Below, piece after piece: positions 9,801 through 18,182 of a stretch of DNA of 30,073 nt. A program made the translations under genes and the position numbers. Each line of letters begins with the position of its first letter. Position 1 is the first letter of the stretch. A model generated the notes under the pieces. The model searched no databases. It was not told where the DNA came from and saw only the letters and a program-made list of their open reading frames with translations. This DNA comes from Thainema sp. (lineage in GTDB: Bacteria; Cyanobacteriota; Cyanobacteriia; Phormidesmidales; Phormidesmidaceae): the NCBI GenBank assembly GCA_052168235.1, contig JBQLZK010000072.1, positions 1-30,073 of the forward strand. Reading direction: 5' to 3'.

Positions 9801-12800
9801 CGCAGATTTTGAGCTACTTGAGTTTGACTTTACCTGTGAGCCGGAACCCGTCCTGGCAACCGATATTGGCAACGGTGTCCTGCGCCTGAATACGGGGCGA
9901 TTTGCCAGTGAGCGCATCTATGGAAATATTGAAGATGGTAACGAAAATTTTACCGTTACTCAGTCGGGCGGTACGATCACCGTCTCCGGCTCAGTCAACG
10001 GTGTTGACCTCGGTTCACAGACGTTTACAGGTATTACCAAGATCATTGCCGAGGGTGGCCAAGGTAATGACGTTCTGGATTTGAGCAGTGTTCAGGTCGT
10101 GACCGAACTCTCAGGTGGCATCGGTCAAGATACGCTGCGGGGCGGCTCTAATCGAGACATCATTCGCGGCAACGAAGGCGATGATGACATCTACGGCAAC
10201 GGCGGCAATGACCTGCTGTTTGGTGAGCAGGGGCAAGACGATCTGTTTGGTGGCGCAGGAGAAGACTATCTCTCGGGCGGTGAAGGCAACGGCGATAACC
10301 TGCGCGGTGAGCAGGGTGAGGATACCCTAGAAGGCGGCCTGGGGAATGACACGCTAGACGGTGGCGATGACAACGATACCTATCTGTTTGCTAGCAACTG
10401 GGGCACAGATACGGTACTGGAAACGCCGATGGGTGGAACTCAGGACACCTGGCAGTTCTCTGAATTCACCAGCATCCTGACTGGCTTACGCAATGACCTG
10501 AAGAACACTCGCCTAGACTTTTCCACCGTTAATTTAGGACTGCTGGAAGTCACCACTGACCTGAACATTCGGCTAGAGCTTGGGTCAATGGTCGTCACTA
10601 CCCTATCGAATCGGGTACAGCATAGCGCCAATAATATCGAACGGATTTTGGGCGGTCGCGGCGACGATATTTTTGAAGTCTTTGCCACAGGTGCCAACCT
10701 GCTGACGCTAGACGGACAGCGCGGCGACGACGATTACATTGTCTATGCAGGGCCAAATTTAGGCGATCTGCAAATCCGCGATACGGGGCCGACCTACAAC
10801 CGCGATCGCTTAATTATTGAAGGTACCAATGATGCCGATATTATTGGCTTGACGAATACGCAGATCACCTTTGGTGAGCCAGTGACAGCAACGCTCAACT
10901 ATGATTCTGGCAGCGGCGACTCCGGTCTGGAAATCATGCTGTTCAACCTGAGAGCTGGGGATGACACGCTGAATGTTGCCAGTACGCCCACCACCATGTC
11001 CGTCACGGCTAATGGTGATGAGGACAACGACACGTTTAATGTCGGTATTGGGGCAGTGCCAACGGTTAATGACATTGACGGAGTTGACTATCGTGGCCCG
11101 CTGGTGATCAATGGTAACGATGGATTTGATATTCTGAACGTCGATGATTCCGGTGACACCACTGATAACACAGGAACACTGACCGACAATACGATTACGG
11201 GTCTAGGCATGACGGTTGGTATCCGCTACGAAACGCTGGAAGACTTAACGATTCGCCTAGGGACAGGCAGCGATACCTTCACGGTTGAGGGCACCCACGG
11301 CGGTTCAACTACGGTCTACGGCAACGATGGCGAAGACACGATGACGATTGAGTCAGTAGCTGGAGCCACCACCATCAACGGCGATGCCGACGACGACACG
11401 ATTACCGTCAATGCGCCTGATTTACCGATTAATCCAATTCTGGTCGTCAATGGCCAGGGTGGTAATGACATTATTGATGCCTCTTTTGCAACGCTGGCGC
11501 TGATTCTCAACGGCGACGATGATGATGATGAGATTCTTGGTGGGGCTGGCAATGACCTGATTGGTGGCGGAGCAGGCAATGACGAAATTGACGGCAACGC
11601 GGGCAATGACGAAATCTACGGCGACTCTAGCTTCCCAGCCGTAGCAACGGATCCGGTGTATGTAGGCTTCGATTTCTCCGGTGACGCCATGCTCAACCCG
11701 CCCAATACACGTCCAGTTGCAACAGCCCAGCTTCCCGCAGGCAATGACACCATACAGGGCGGTGCAGGCGACGACACCATCTACGGTGAAGGCGGCAACG
11801 ACAACATCATTGGCGGTAGTACGATTGCCGATGCCGAAGACGGTCGAGACTACATCTACGGCGGCGCAGGCGACGATGCGATCGCAGGTGACAATGCCAC
11901 AATTGATCCAGTCACGCGCGAAATTACGGTGCTGGATGCGACCAGCGGCGCAGCGGACATCATCCTCGGTGATGGCGGTGAAATTGTTGTGCTGGATGGC
12001 GGCGTTGAAACCAGTCTGACAGCCCGTTCCGACAGCGGCAGCGGCAACGACAGGATGGCGGGCGGCATCGGTGACGATATCCTGCTGGGCGACAACGGTA
12101 AGGTAACGTTAAATAGTTTGGGTCAACTGCTGCAAGTCGAAACCATTGACAGCGGCGTTGGTGGTAATGATGAGATTACTGGTAACGACGATAACGACCG
12201 GATTCTGGCCGGAGCTGGAAACGACGATGTGACAGGCGATACAGGTGAAGATCTAATCCTGGGTGATGAAGGTCAGCTCATCTATACAGACGTATCGGGT
12301 ACACCCCAACTCCAGCAGGTAACCACGCTGAATCCGTCAGTGGGCGGCACTGATACCCTCAGTGGTGGCAGTGAAGCCGATATTATTCTGGGTGGAGCCA
12401 GTGATGACGACATCAGCGGTGATGCAGGTGACGATATTCTGCTGGGTGATAACGGTCAGGTTGTCTTCACCGACGGACAGATTAGCCGGATTGAAACCAC
12501 CGATCCAGATATCGGCGGCAACGATGCGATCGCAGGTGACAGTGGCGCTGATCGCATCCTGGGTGGCGCAGCCGATGACAACATCACGGGTGGCAGTGAG
12601 GATGACATCATCCTCGGCGATAATGGCCAGATTCTCTTTACCGATGGTCAAATTAGCCGGATTGAAACCACCGATCCAGATATCGGCGGCAACGATGCGA
12701 TCGCAGGTGACGAGGGCGCTGATCGAATCTTGGGTGGCGCAGCCGATGACGACATCACGGGCGGTAGTGAGGATGACATCATTCTCGGCGATAATGGCCT

Positions 12801-15800
12801 GCTGGACTATGCGGAAGATGGCAATCTAACCACCCTTGATCGCATCACCACCACTGATCCAAGCATTGGCGGACAGGACACGATTCAGGGCAACGCAGGT
12901 CAAGATGTCGTGCTGGGTGGGGTCGATGACGACCATACCAGCGGCAATGAAGATGACGATATCCTCTTGGGTGACAACGGCCAGGTTGTCTTCACCGATG
13001 GGCAGATCAGCCACATTGAAACCACCAATCCGGATATTGGCGGTAACGATGCGATCGCAGGTGGCAATGGTGACGATATTGCCCTCGGTGGGGCCGGAGA
13101 TGATCAGATTCAAGGAAACCGCGATCGCGATATTCTGCTGGGCGACAATGGCCGATTGGATTACGCAGCCGATGGTGACTTGACGACTCTCGATCAGGTT
13201 GCAAGCACTGATCCAACCATTGGCGGCAACGATGTAATTGAAGGTAATGAGGCGGACGATATCGCCATTGGGGGTGCAGGCGATGACTCGATTATGGGCA
13301 ATCAGCAGAACGACATTCTGCTAGGCGATAACGGCCAAATTTTACTGGTTGATAATCAAATCGATGTGATTGAGACTACTGATCCGACCAGTGGTGGTCG
13401 CGATGCCATCTCCGGAAACGCTGGCTCCGACATTATCCTGGGTGGTGCCAGTGACGACGTGCTGCACGGTGACGAGGATCATGATATTATTCTCGGCGAT
13501 CACGGTCGCTTGGACTACACCTTCGCTGGAGATAGCCAAGTCGGAGCTGATAGCGATCGCACAACGCTCGACATTGTTCAGAGTACCGATCCCACTCAAG
13601 GTGGTCAGGACTATATCGCTGGCGGTGACGACCAAGATGACATCTTTGGAGGTACGGACAGTGACAGCATTTTTGGTGATGGATCACTCAATCTATCCGA
13701 CTTAAACTGGTCACTGATGGGAGCCGCTGACTTCAATCAGGACGGACTAGAAGATACTCTCTGGCAGAACACCGCAACCGGACAAATTACCATACAAATT
13801 CGTCGTGCCAACGGTCAGCACGAAGCCCATAGTCCAAATGTGCAGGTGTTGAATCGGAACTGGCAAGTGCAGGGCATTGGCGACATTGATGGCGATGGCG
13901 ACACCGACATTATTTGGCGCAATAGCTCAACTGGGCAAACGTCAGCTTGGCTGATGGATGGCTTAATTTGGCAAAGTGGTGGTGCGCTCAGCCTCTCACC
14001 TGACCTCGATTGGCAGCTAGATGCAATTGGTGATCTCAACGGCGATGGTAAAGACGAGCTGCTCTGGCGCAATGCTAATAACGGTGCAACCGTAGCCTGG
14101 TTCATGAATGGCTTGATTCGACAAAGCGGTGGCCCACTAAGCACATCACCGACTCTGGACTGGCAGTTGGTGACTGCTGGTGATCTCAATGGTGACGGTA
14201 AAGACGAGCTGCTCTGGCGCAATGCTAATAACGGTACAACCGTAGCCTGGTTCATGAACGGTTTGGTTCAACAAAGCGGTGGCCCACTGAGCGCATCACC
14301 GACGTTGGATTGGCAGTTGACGACCGCTGGCGATCTCAATGGTGACGGTAAAGATGAGCTACTCTGGCGCAATGCTAATAACGGTGCAGCCTCAGCCTGG
14401 TTCATGAATAGCTTGTCCCGAACGGCTACACAGCCTTTTAATCTAGGCAGCACTAATTCTCTGAATCCGGTTAATCAAGGTTGGCAACTGGCTGGAATTA
14501 CAACCATTGACCAGACCGCTAACGTCGGCTTGCTCTGGCGCAATACCTTCAATGGTCGCTCATTTGCCGCCGCGCTTGGTAGTGCGGATATTGCAGGTCA
14601 TTCTATGATCAATGCTGTCACGGCGATACAGCCAACGGTTTCAAGTTCAGACTGGCAGCTTGATGCAACCGCTGATTTTAATGGTGATGGTCATGTTGAT
14701 CAGCTCTGGCGCAATGACCAAACAGGACAAATCTCAATTTGGCTGATGAATTACTCCAGCCGAGTAAGCGGCAATCTGCTGCCCCCCGTCGCGCTGAACT
14801 GGCAAATTCAAGGCGCAGGTGACTTTGATGGAGACGGTAACGCTGATATCCTCTGGCGGAATCTGTCCACAAATCAGCTCTCTATCTGGCTGATGGATGG
14901 TGCTACGCGATTAGATAGCAGTCAGCTGAGTGTTGCTCCTCCATCTAACTGGCAGGTGGAAGCGGTAGCCGACTTTGATCAGGATGGTAAGGCTGATATC
15001 CTCTGGCGGAACCGGATCAATGGCATCAATCGCGTCTGGTTTATGGACGGCTTCGATCAGATCGACAGTGGCGATTTAAGTTCTGCTGTGAGAAATCTAA
15101 GCTGGCAAGTGGAGGCCAGCGGCGATCTGAATGGAGATGGTTCTGCTGATCTCGCTTGGCGCAATGGTCAAACAGGTCAAACCGTGATCTGGTATCTAGA
15201 TGACAGCCTCACTATTACCGATCGCAGTCATCTGTTACCGGCCCGTGCTGATGATTTAATTCTGGGCGACCACGGAGCACTCTATAAAGCTTTACCTGCT
15301 GAACAGAACTACCTCTCTATCCACACTGGTGTAGGTGATGGTGGCGGCAACGATTTGATCTACGGTAATGAAGGCGACGACACGATTCTAGGTCAGCAGG
15401 GCAGCGACTTCCTCTACGGCAACAGTGGCGAGGATGATATGCTGGGCGGTCACAATGTCCAAGGTGGAGCCGATGCAGGTGACACAATGAATGGTGGTAG
15501 CGAAGCGGATGTCATGCTGGGAGACAACGGCCAAATTACGCGCCGCCCCGGCATCAACGGTACCTGGCAGCGGTATCCAGCTCCCTTTGCTGATGTGATT
15601 CGGGATGTTGTTCGGTTCGACGATGCCGAGACAGTACAGGGCTTTACGCAGTTCTTTGGCAACGATGTCATGCAGGGCAGCACCGGCGACGACATCATGC
15701 ATGGTCAGCGCGGCAACGACAGTATGCGAGGCGGGGCTGGCGATGATGAGATGTATGGTGAACTCGGTAACGACACCATGAATGGCGATGCCGGTCAGGA

Positions 15801-17892
15801 TACAATGCTGGGCGATGTTGGTATCATCACCCGTGCTTACTTAGCCAATGGCCGACCGCGAATCAATGCAGACGGCTCCTGGCACCGTGATGTGATTCTG
15901 ACCGATGTCGGAACAGTCGTTGGCACAGCGAATTCAGGTGCCCAGCTACCCGAATCATCTATTGCCGCAGATATCCTGTTACTCACTGGAGCAGCCAATC
16001 AAGGTGGCGTCAGCAACTCCACGATTCAGCGGATTGATTTGGAGTTAGCCAACAACGACATCGTCGATGGCGGGGACGGGAATGATCAGGTCTTTGGTCA
16101 GCGCGGCAACGACATAGTGCAGGGCGGCAACGGTCAAGACTATGTTGAGGGCAATGCGGGTAATGACAGCGTAAATGGTGGAGCTGGTGATGATTTCCTG
16201 ATTGGAGATGACGGCCTGAATCTGGCCGCCTTCAGCACCCAGCAACCCATTTTGCAGCGCGGCTTCCATTTAATTGATGCAGCAACTGGAGTTGACCTCA
16301 ACTTGGGAACCTATGGCACCGTTGTTCTGCCCCATCTCCAGATTGCGCCGCAGATGATTCAGGGCATCTTCTCGCCGATTGCACTGATGCCAGAGCTGAC
16401 GCGAGATGCATCGCCCGTGCCGACCATTGGCAACCTGCGGCGACTGAACGGAACAGAGCTAACGGTGTTTGCTTCGGTCATTCCAAGTATGACGGGGCAT
16501 CAAGATCTGCTATCAGGTAATGACGCGATTCAAGGGGCAGATGGTCAGGACACGATTGTGGGTGATAACTATACCAATGCTGTGCCGCTGCGCTCAACCA
16601 ATGGAGCATTTAACCAAGAACTGGATCGGCTGACTCGTGATGTGTACCAGTTGGGCATTGGCTTACAGGATCTAGAACTGGGCTTAGATTATCGCGATCG
16701 CACATCTGCTCACACCTTTGCCTTTGGTCAAGACGCCATCTCTGGCGGTAGCGGGCTGGATTCAATCGTAGGCGATGATAGCTTCGCAATCGGGCCGTTC
16801 TCAACTCAGTCACTGAGCTTGCAGAGCAGTCTGGGTCAAACGGTAACGCAACTGCGGCAGGTGATTACAGACTTTAGCAGATCGGTCAATCGCCTACGCA
16901 CTAGCCTTTCAGTGAACGGTTCAGGCTATCAGCCACATACGCTCAGAATTGGCCTTGATGTAATCAATGGTGATGACGGCGACGACAAGATTACAGGTGA
17001 TGATCAGCTCCTGCTGGCACCGATTGTTGATCCACTGCCCTATCAGCGCAACACTTTCTGGAACTATGGTTTTGGCGATCAGCTTAGCAACCGTATTCAG
17101 CCGCTGCGGGGCTATAATCTCGTAGTTGGCAACGATACCGTCAATGGCGGTAACGGTAACGACCTGATTGAGGGCGACTATAGTATTATTCTCGCGCCGA
17201 TTGTGAACACGGCACCGCGCAATGCCAATCAGCGACTGGTGTTGGAGCAGAGTCTCGATCTGTTAATCACCGACGTTAATGCTTTCATCCGCGACCTGCA
17301 TCAGGACACCTTCGGCATCAACTTCAACCAGCAGAATCAGGCTAATAGCCTATCGGCGGGTAACGACACTCTACGAGGTGATAATGGCGATGATCTCGTT
17401 CTGGGTGATGCAGCAACCTTTATCCTGCCCTGGGTCGCCAATCAGGTTGATCTGTCGCTAGTGCTGCAAAACGGCAATCTTGATACCCGCGACGAAGCCC
17501 ATAACTTCCGTCATCTGCTGTCGCGAGCCTATGACTACCTCTATCGGCAAGCTGGAGTCGGTAGCACAACGCTGGGACAGGACGCGATCGGCGGCGGCAA
17601 CAACAACGATATCCTGTTCGGCTTGAGCAACATTGACGCCATCTTTGGTCAAAACGGCAACGACTTTCTCTTTGGCGGTAAGGAAGCCGATCAGCTCAAC
17701 GGCGGTAGCGGCCAAAATGTGATTCGCGCCACTAATCCGGCTCGTCAGGATGAAACTGCGATCGCACCTGTGATCGATGCCCATCTAGCCGCTCTACTGT
17801 CGCCAGCCATGCAGAGCTACCTGCGGGAAATCGTGCAGTTTCAAAACACACCAGCCCTCAACGGTAAACTTTTTGGAACCATCCTGAATTAG
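3841..17892 (+). CDS. Giant RTX-type Ca2+-binding exoprotein/adhesin (4683 aa): DUF4347, uncharacterised repeated modules, hemolysin-type repeats, FG-GAP/VCBS block
   Basis: RBS AGGAG precedes the GTG. DUF4347 at ~4192-4686 (VVFVDASV...HLVTHG...LLVYGC...ADVAASDDLTG...GGDWEFE). Dozens of GGxGxDxLxG repeats at ~10050-13680 and ~15250-17730. FG-GAP repeats (GDLNGDGKDELLWRN) at ~13700-15230. No Sec signal peptide. Confidence 0.92.
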   Translation: MDFAGTSVSPFSVQSSEFNPFNQFALEGLDQPQSFAPVGTTLGDWQTEIGLNSHSAIAPEAFDVNPLTGDWLGQVGIRDSSPATGLITTADAPTADLQVGFIQSSDPLLDHAAPAGQSVVFVDASVPDYQNLVAGLATSSDVIVIQPGEDGIATITETLAFYESVSAIHLVTHGDPGAIQLGRATLSTETLAQYANQLQSWQEVLTADADLLVYGCEVASGTEGASFVQQLSQLTGADVAASDDLTGNAALGGDWEFESITGSIETGLAFGESAIATYAHTLADIDFSSQEAAIRAGLVNLRDFAETLDTYLDTASDFAKALPIVDQDLGSAVDLSDLVETELIAAFDDYADATPTTGELAAFITSQTGWTVNDLSDADEIEFQVTLSDTTTLLNRAIELSRSAAGFGINLDGTGTLETQVDLTFTFGFDTAANEFFASFDSFNTEGNFTANLDGTGGRIGFVEFEVATNPGDELLLNAGLNTVINNGNRLRTANLQLADVSGLISSITPTGSLTATLPVEVTLNGFAPADIPEISLSYGSAADLFSSSFDSTTFEGAAPIVTLSNSLQDFTNITADDVLGMVKRVVDWFDRFRQSSLFDDIELPFVGDRTLSDMLDFASVLQAALIDPLETDPVMVGGVLVSDPTFTSVQDFADQLAALMPGVDINATYDSSDRTLTFDLDLSPDFDAINLPLNLDLDLSPLGNFTSGTTVQITPAGEFDFTFGIDLAPLGSGFTFDATTAISSLNNGTGILVNALGTNDLQITRRNGTSFEVDLSSLTTLGQVVTAIQSASGGTVSVTLDATQGRLVLEDNTTGDSEFAVTQINGSLAASGLGILTSDSVSNPGVIQGLSLVSRSLSERVFLTDASVNAGITLSTPGGINATAEFGFLGIAINDGSADINALVDVSLLNGNPADPTTLADLYQALTAGNVNSIINTPTVNASANLLLQNISVNDNFLGALSATPSIAVNFADLTDPGTLDVQFTNFDPLNSFQNLDFSNLIGIFRNTVDFLETLTTDAGGGALALLNEELPLIDRSINDLLDYADRFAAFVDDLESNPAQTIQAVEALLEEALGLTPDSPLVDLSIDGNALRIDLAFVSSLTAAFGMEMELAELAALAGISLPASITDLIGVSSAAELDVEVQALLNLALGIDLSDPLNPRPFIYDGAGGTGMALSVQAAGSNLDFTAQFGPMSLGIEDGTAFIGAAGNAPAVFAVSLDGSSSGRRYFDAGLAGLTGAVDVVLSDAIATATLPLQLPDPLDPFNLELSIDSLAALLDGSITSDQITLNLPNFTDLLALPDFGLIGLLRDPGTLVDGLDTLLGTVQDLLDGEIFGTTLPLVGDALAPAGQFIENFREAVLAEISNQIERAGGDVITAVQLALFNVFGAASAGASIGLGLLRDKDGNGIAGDLNDIEILGGEAGDDFVQFDMQLGTDLIDTSVPIDFDLGLPVLGFDLDAEVSTKLGWAFDLSFGVSESQGFYFDTSDADELEVFLDISLDNPGGGAAQATGNLDFLQIQATDQTGDDRSGFGGRFVIDLKDPGQGGQADDRFTFSELLAFPSLSSIFEADLRGLNGNALPTAQVNMDLALSFGGSARFPRMLSEFGLEWGFDVNNFRESSPTIAFRDIRLDAGSFLSDFAKPIFGEIKPILDVVGPVIDFLDARVPLISDLLGRNVTMLDIAETLQLLDASTIQTARQFIEAVQVIRSLVDLVASVPDDSSVVIPFGDFVVGEGFSSNLNLNLRGTSSSQLNSQFNSLSFSAIDPSSSLQSGGGANDAAVVSKTQSFISQINNAPNGGIKFPILTDPGSVIGLLFGQDADLFFYDMPEFDFTFPYEQEFRVLGVIKFTLGGSIGAAFDYDFGYDTFGLRKFFESDNFTDVFDGFFFGDLDSNGFDKPETVLRARIFAEGGVDIGIAGGGVGGGLTGTANFNLNDPNDDGKIRISEIAQFIEDGDYECIFDITGNVVLDFYAFVEAFFGAARKDFPIADFELLEFDFTCEPEPVLATDIGNGVLRLNTGRFASERIYGNIEDGNENFTVTQSGGTITVSGSVNGVDLGSQTFTGITKIIAEGGQGNDVLDLSSVQVVTELSGGIGQDTLRGGSNRDIIRGNEGDDDIYGNGGNDLLFGEQGQDDLFGGAGEDYLSGGEGNGDNLRGEQGEDTLEGGLGNDTLDGGDDNDTYLFASNWGTDTVLETPMGGTQDTWQFSEFTSILTGLRNDLKNTRLDFSTVNLGLLEVTTDLNIRLELGSMVVTTLSNRVQHSANNIERILGGRGDDIFEVFATGANLLTLDGQRGDDDYIVYAGPNLGDLQIRDTGPTYNRDRLIIEGTNDADIIGLTNTQITFGEPVTATLNYDSGSGDSGLEIMLFNLRAGDDTLNVASTPTTMSVTANGDEDNDTFNVGIGAVPTVNDIDGVDYRGPLVINGNDGFDILNVDDSGDTTDNTGTLTDNTITGLGMTVGIRYETLEDLTIRLGTGSDTFTVEGTHGGSTTVYGNDGEDTMTIESVAGATTINGDADDDTITVNAPDLPINPILVVNGQGGNDIIDASFATLALILNGDDDDDEILGGAGNDLIGGGAGNDEIDGNAGNDEIYGDSSFPAVATDPVYVGFDFSGDAMLNPPNTRPVATAQLPAGNDTIQGGAGDDTIYGEGGNDNIIGGSTIADAEDGRDYIYGGAGDDAIAGDNATIDPVTREITVLDATSGAADIILGDGGEIVVLDGGVETSLTARSDSGSGNDRMAGGIGDDILLGDNGKVTLNSLGQLLQVETIDSGVGGNDEITGNDDNDRILAGAGNDDVTGDTGEDLILGDEGQLIYTDVSGTPQLQQVTTLNPSVGGTDTLSGGSEADIILGGASDDDISGDAGDDILLGDNGQVVFTDGQISRIETTDPDIGGNDAIAGDSGADRILGGAADDNITGGSEDDIILGDNGQILFTDGQISRIETTDPDIGGNDAIAGDEGADRILGGAADDDITGGSEDDIILGDNGLLDYAEDGNLTTLDRITTTDPSIGGQDTIQGNAGQDVVLGGVDDDHTSGNEDDDILLGDNGQVVFTDGQISHIETTNPDIGGNDAIAGGNGDDIALGGAGDDQIQGNRDRDILLGDNGRLDYAADGDLTTLDQVASTDPTIGGNDVIEGNEADDIAIGGAGDDSIMGNQQNDILLGDNGQILLVDNQIDVIETTDPTSGGRDAISGNAGSDIILGGASDDVLHGDEDHDIILGDHGRLDYTFAGDSQVGADSDRTTLDIVQSTDPTQGGQDYIAGGDDQDDIFGGTDSDSIFGDGSLNLSDLNWSLMGAADFNQDGLEDTLWQNTATGQITIQIRRANGQHEAHSPNVQVLNRNWQVQGIGDIDGDGDTDIIWRNSSTGQTSAWLMDGLIWQSGGALSLSPDLDWQLDAIGDLNGDGKDELLWRNANNGATVAWFMNGLIRQSGGPLSTSPTLDWQLVTAGDLNGDGKDELLWRNANNGTTVAWFMNGLVQQSGGPLSASPTLDWQLTTAGDLNGDGKDELLWRNANNGAASAWFMNSLSRTATQPFNLGSTNSLNPVNQGWQLAGITTIDQTANVGLLWRNTFNGRSFAAALGSADIAGHSMINAVTAIQPTVSSSDWQLDATADFNGDGHVDQLWRNDQTGQISIWLMNYSSRVSGNLLPPVALNWQIQGAGDFDGDGNADILWRNLSTNQLSIWLMDGATRLDSSQLSVAPPSNWQVEAVADFDQDGKADILWRNRINGINRVWFMDGFDQIDSGDLSSAVRNLSWQVEASGDLNGDGSADLAWRNGQTGQTVIWYLDDSLTITDRSHLLPARADDLILGDHGALYKALPAEQNYLSIHTGVGDGGGNDLIYGNEGDDTILGQQGSDFLYGNSGEDDMLGGHNVQGGADAGDTMNGGSEADVMLGDNGQITRRPGINGTWQRYPAPFADVIRDVVRFDDAETVQGFTQFFGNDVMQGSTGDDIMHGQRGNDSMRGGAGDDEMYGELGNDTMNGDAGQDTMLGDVGIITRAYLANGRPRINADGSWHRDVILTDVGTVVGTANSGAQLPESSIAADILLLTGAANQGGVSNSTIQRIDLELANNDIVDGGDGNDQVFGQRGNDIVQGGNGQDYVEGNAGNDSVNGGAGDDFLIGDDGLNLAAFSTQQPILQRGFHLIDAATGVDLNLGTYGTVVLPHLQIAPQMIQGIFSPIALMPELTRDASPVPTIGNLRRLNGTELTVFASVIPSMTGHQDLLSGNDAIQGADGQDTIVGDNYTNAVPLRSTNGAFNQELDRLTRDVYQLGIGLQDLELGLDYRDRTSAHTFAFGQDAISGGSGLDSIVGDDSFAIGPFSTQSLSLQSSLGQTVTQLRQVITDFSRSVNRLRTSLSVNGSGYQPHTLRIGLDVINGDDGDDKITGDDQLLLAPIVDPLPYQRNTFWNYGFGDQLSNRIQPLRGYNLVVGNDTVNGGNGNDLIEGDYSIILAPIVNTAPRNANQRLVLEQSLDLLITDVNAFIRDLHQDTFGINFNQQNQANSLSAGNDTLRGDNGDDLVLGDAATFILPWVANQVDLSLVLQNGNLDTRDEAHNFRHLLSRAYDYLYRQAGVGSTTLGQDAIGGGNNNDILFGLSNIDAIFGQNGNDFLFGGKEADQLNGGSGQNVIRATNPARQDETAIAPVIDAHLAALLSPAMQSYLREIVQFQNTPALNGKLFGTILN
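12433..12800 (+). repeat. 171-bp near-identical intragenic tandem repeat (57 aa), with a further degenerate copy near 12960-13070
   Basis: attagccggattgaaaccaccgatccagatatcggcggcaacgatgcgatcgcaggtgac occurs at 12481 and 12652. Confidence 0.85.
14011..14410 (+). repeat. 150-bp triple tandem repeat encoding FG-GAP/VCBS blades
   Basis: Units start at 14011, 14161 and 14311, each encoding WQL...GDLNGDGKDELLWRNANNG...AWFMN with near-identical DNA. Confidence 0.9.
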
Positions 17893-17929
17893 CGCTACCA
17901 GAGAAGAAAAAAGATCATAAACTCCCATC

Positions 17930-18013
17930 TTGCAGCCAAACCAAAGGACTATTTTGCCGCTGTGCGGCGGCAAAATAGCCTCCCAGGGTTCCAGTTTCGC
18001 AAAGTGGCTGCAA
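17930..18013. repeat. Nested palindromic REP/MITE-like element
   Basis: Outer pair TTGCAGCCA (17930-17938) / TGGCTGCAA (18005-18013); inner CTATTTTGCCGC-tgtgcg-GCGGCAAAATAG (17949-17978). Confidence 0.6.
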
Positions 18014-18042
18014 TATCCGGGATGGCATGACCTACCGACAAA

Positions 18043-18149
18043 TGATATCAATTCGCGTATAAAAAACCAATTTATTTTTTGTGAAACGCTTGCTCCGCAA
18101 GCATTTCGCAAAAAATAAATTATGGGTTTTCAACCGAACTTTATATGAC
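18043..18149. mobile_element. ~107-bp palindromic MITE-like element, copy 1
   Basis: Ends are tgATATCAATTCG and CGAActttATATGAC. Central 25-bp arms 18069-18093 / 18097-18121 with a TCC loop. Homologous to the copies at 22115-22296. Confidence 0.65.
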
Positions 18150-18182
18150 GAAACACTGTGGGGAGATTAAAAACTAGGAACC

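Noticed and set aside
12433..14410. Possible DGR template/variable repeat pairs
   Set aside because: Differences between copies are mostly synonymous and not adenine-specific, the copies are in-frame tandem units, and there is no reverse transcriptase.
4989..17784. Many minus-strand and alternate-frame ORFs inside the giant gene
   Set aside because: They are shadows of a long codon-biased repetitive CDS, with no RBS or recognisable domains.
17794..18118. ORFs 17794-18111 (-) and 17930-18118 (+)
   Set aside because: They run through palindromic repeat elements and show no coding signature.
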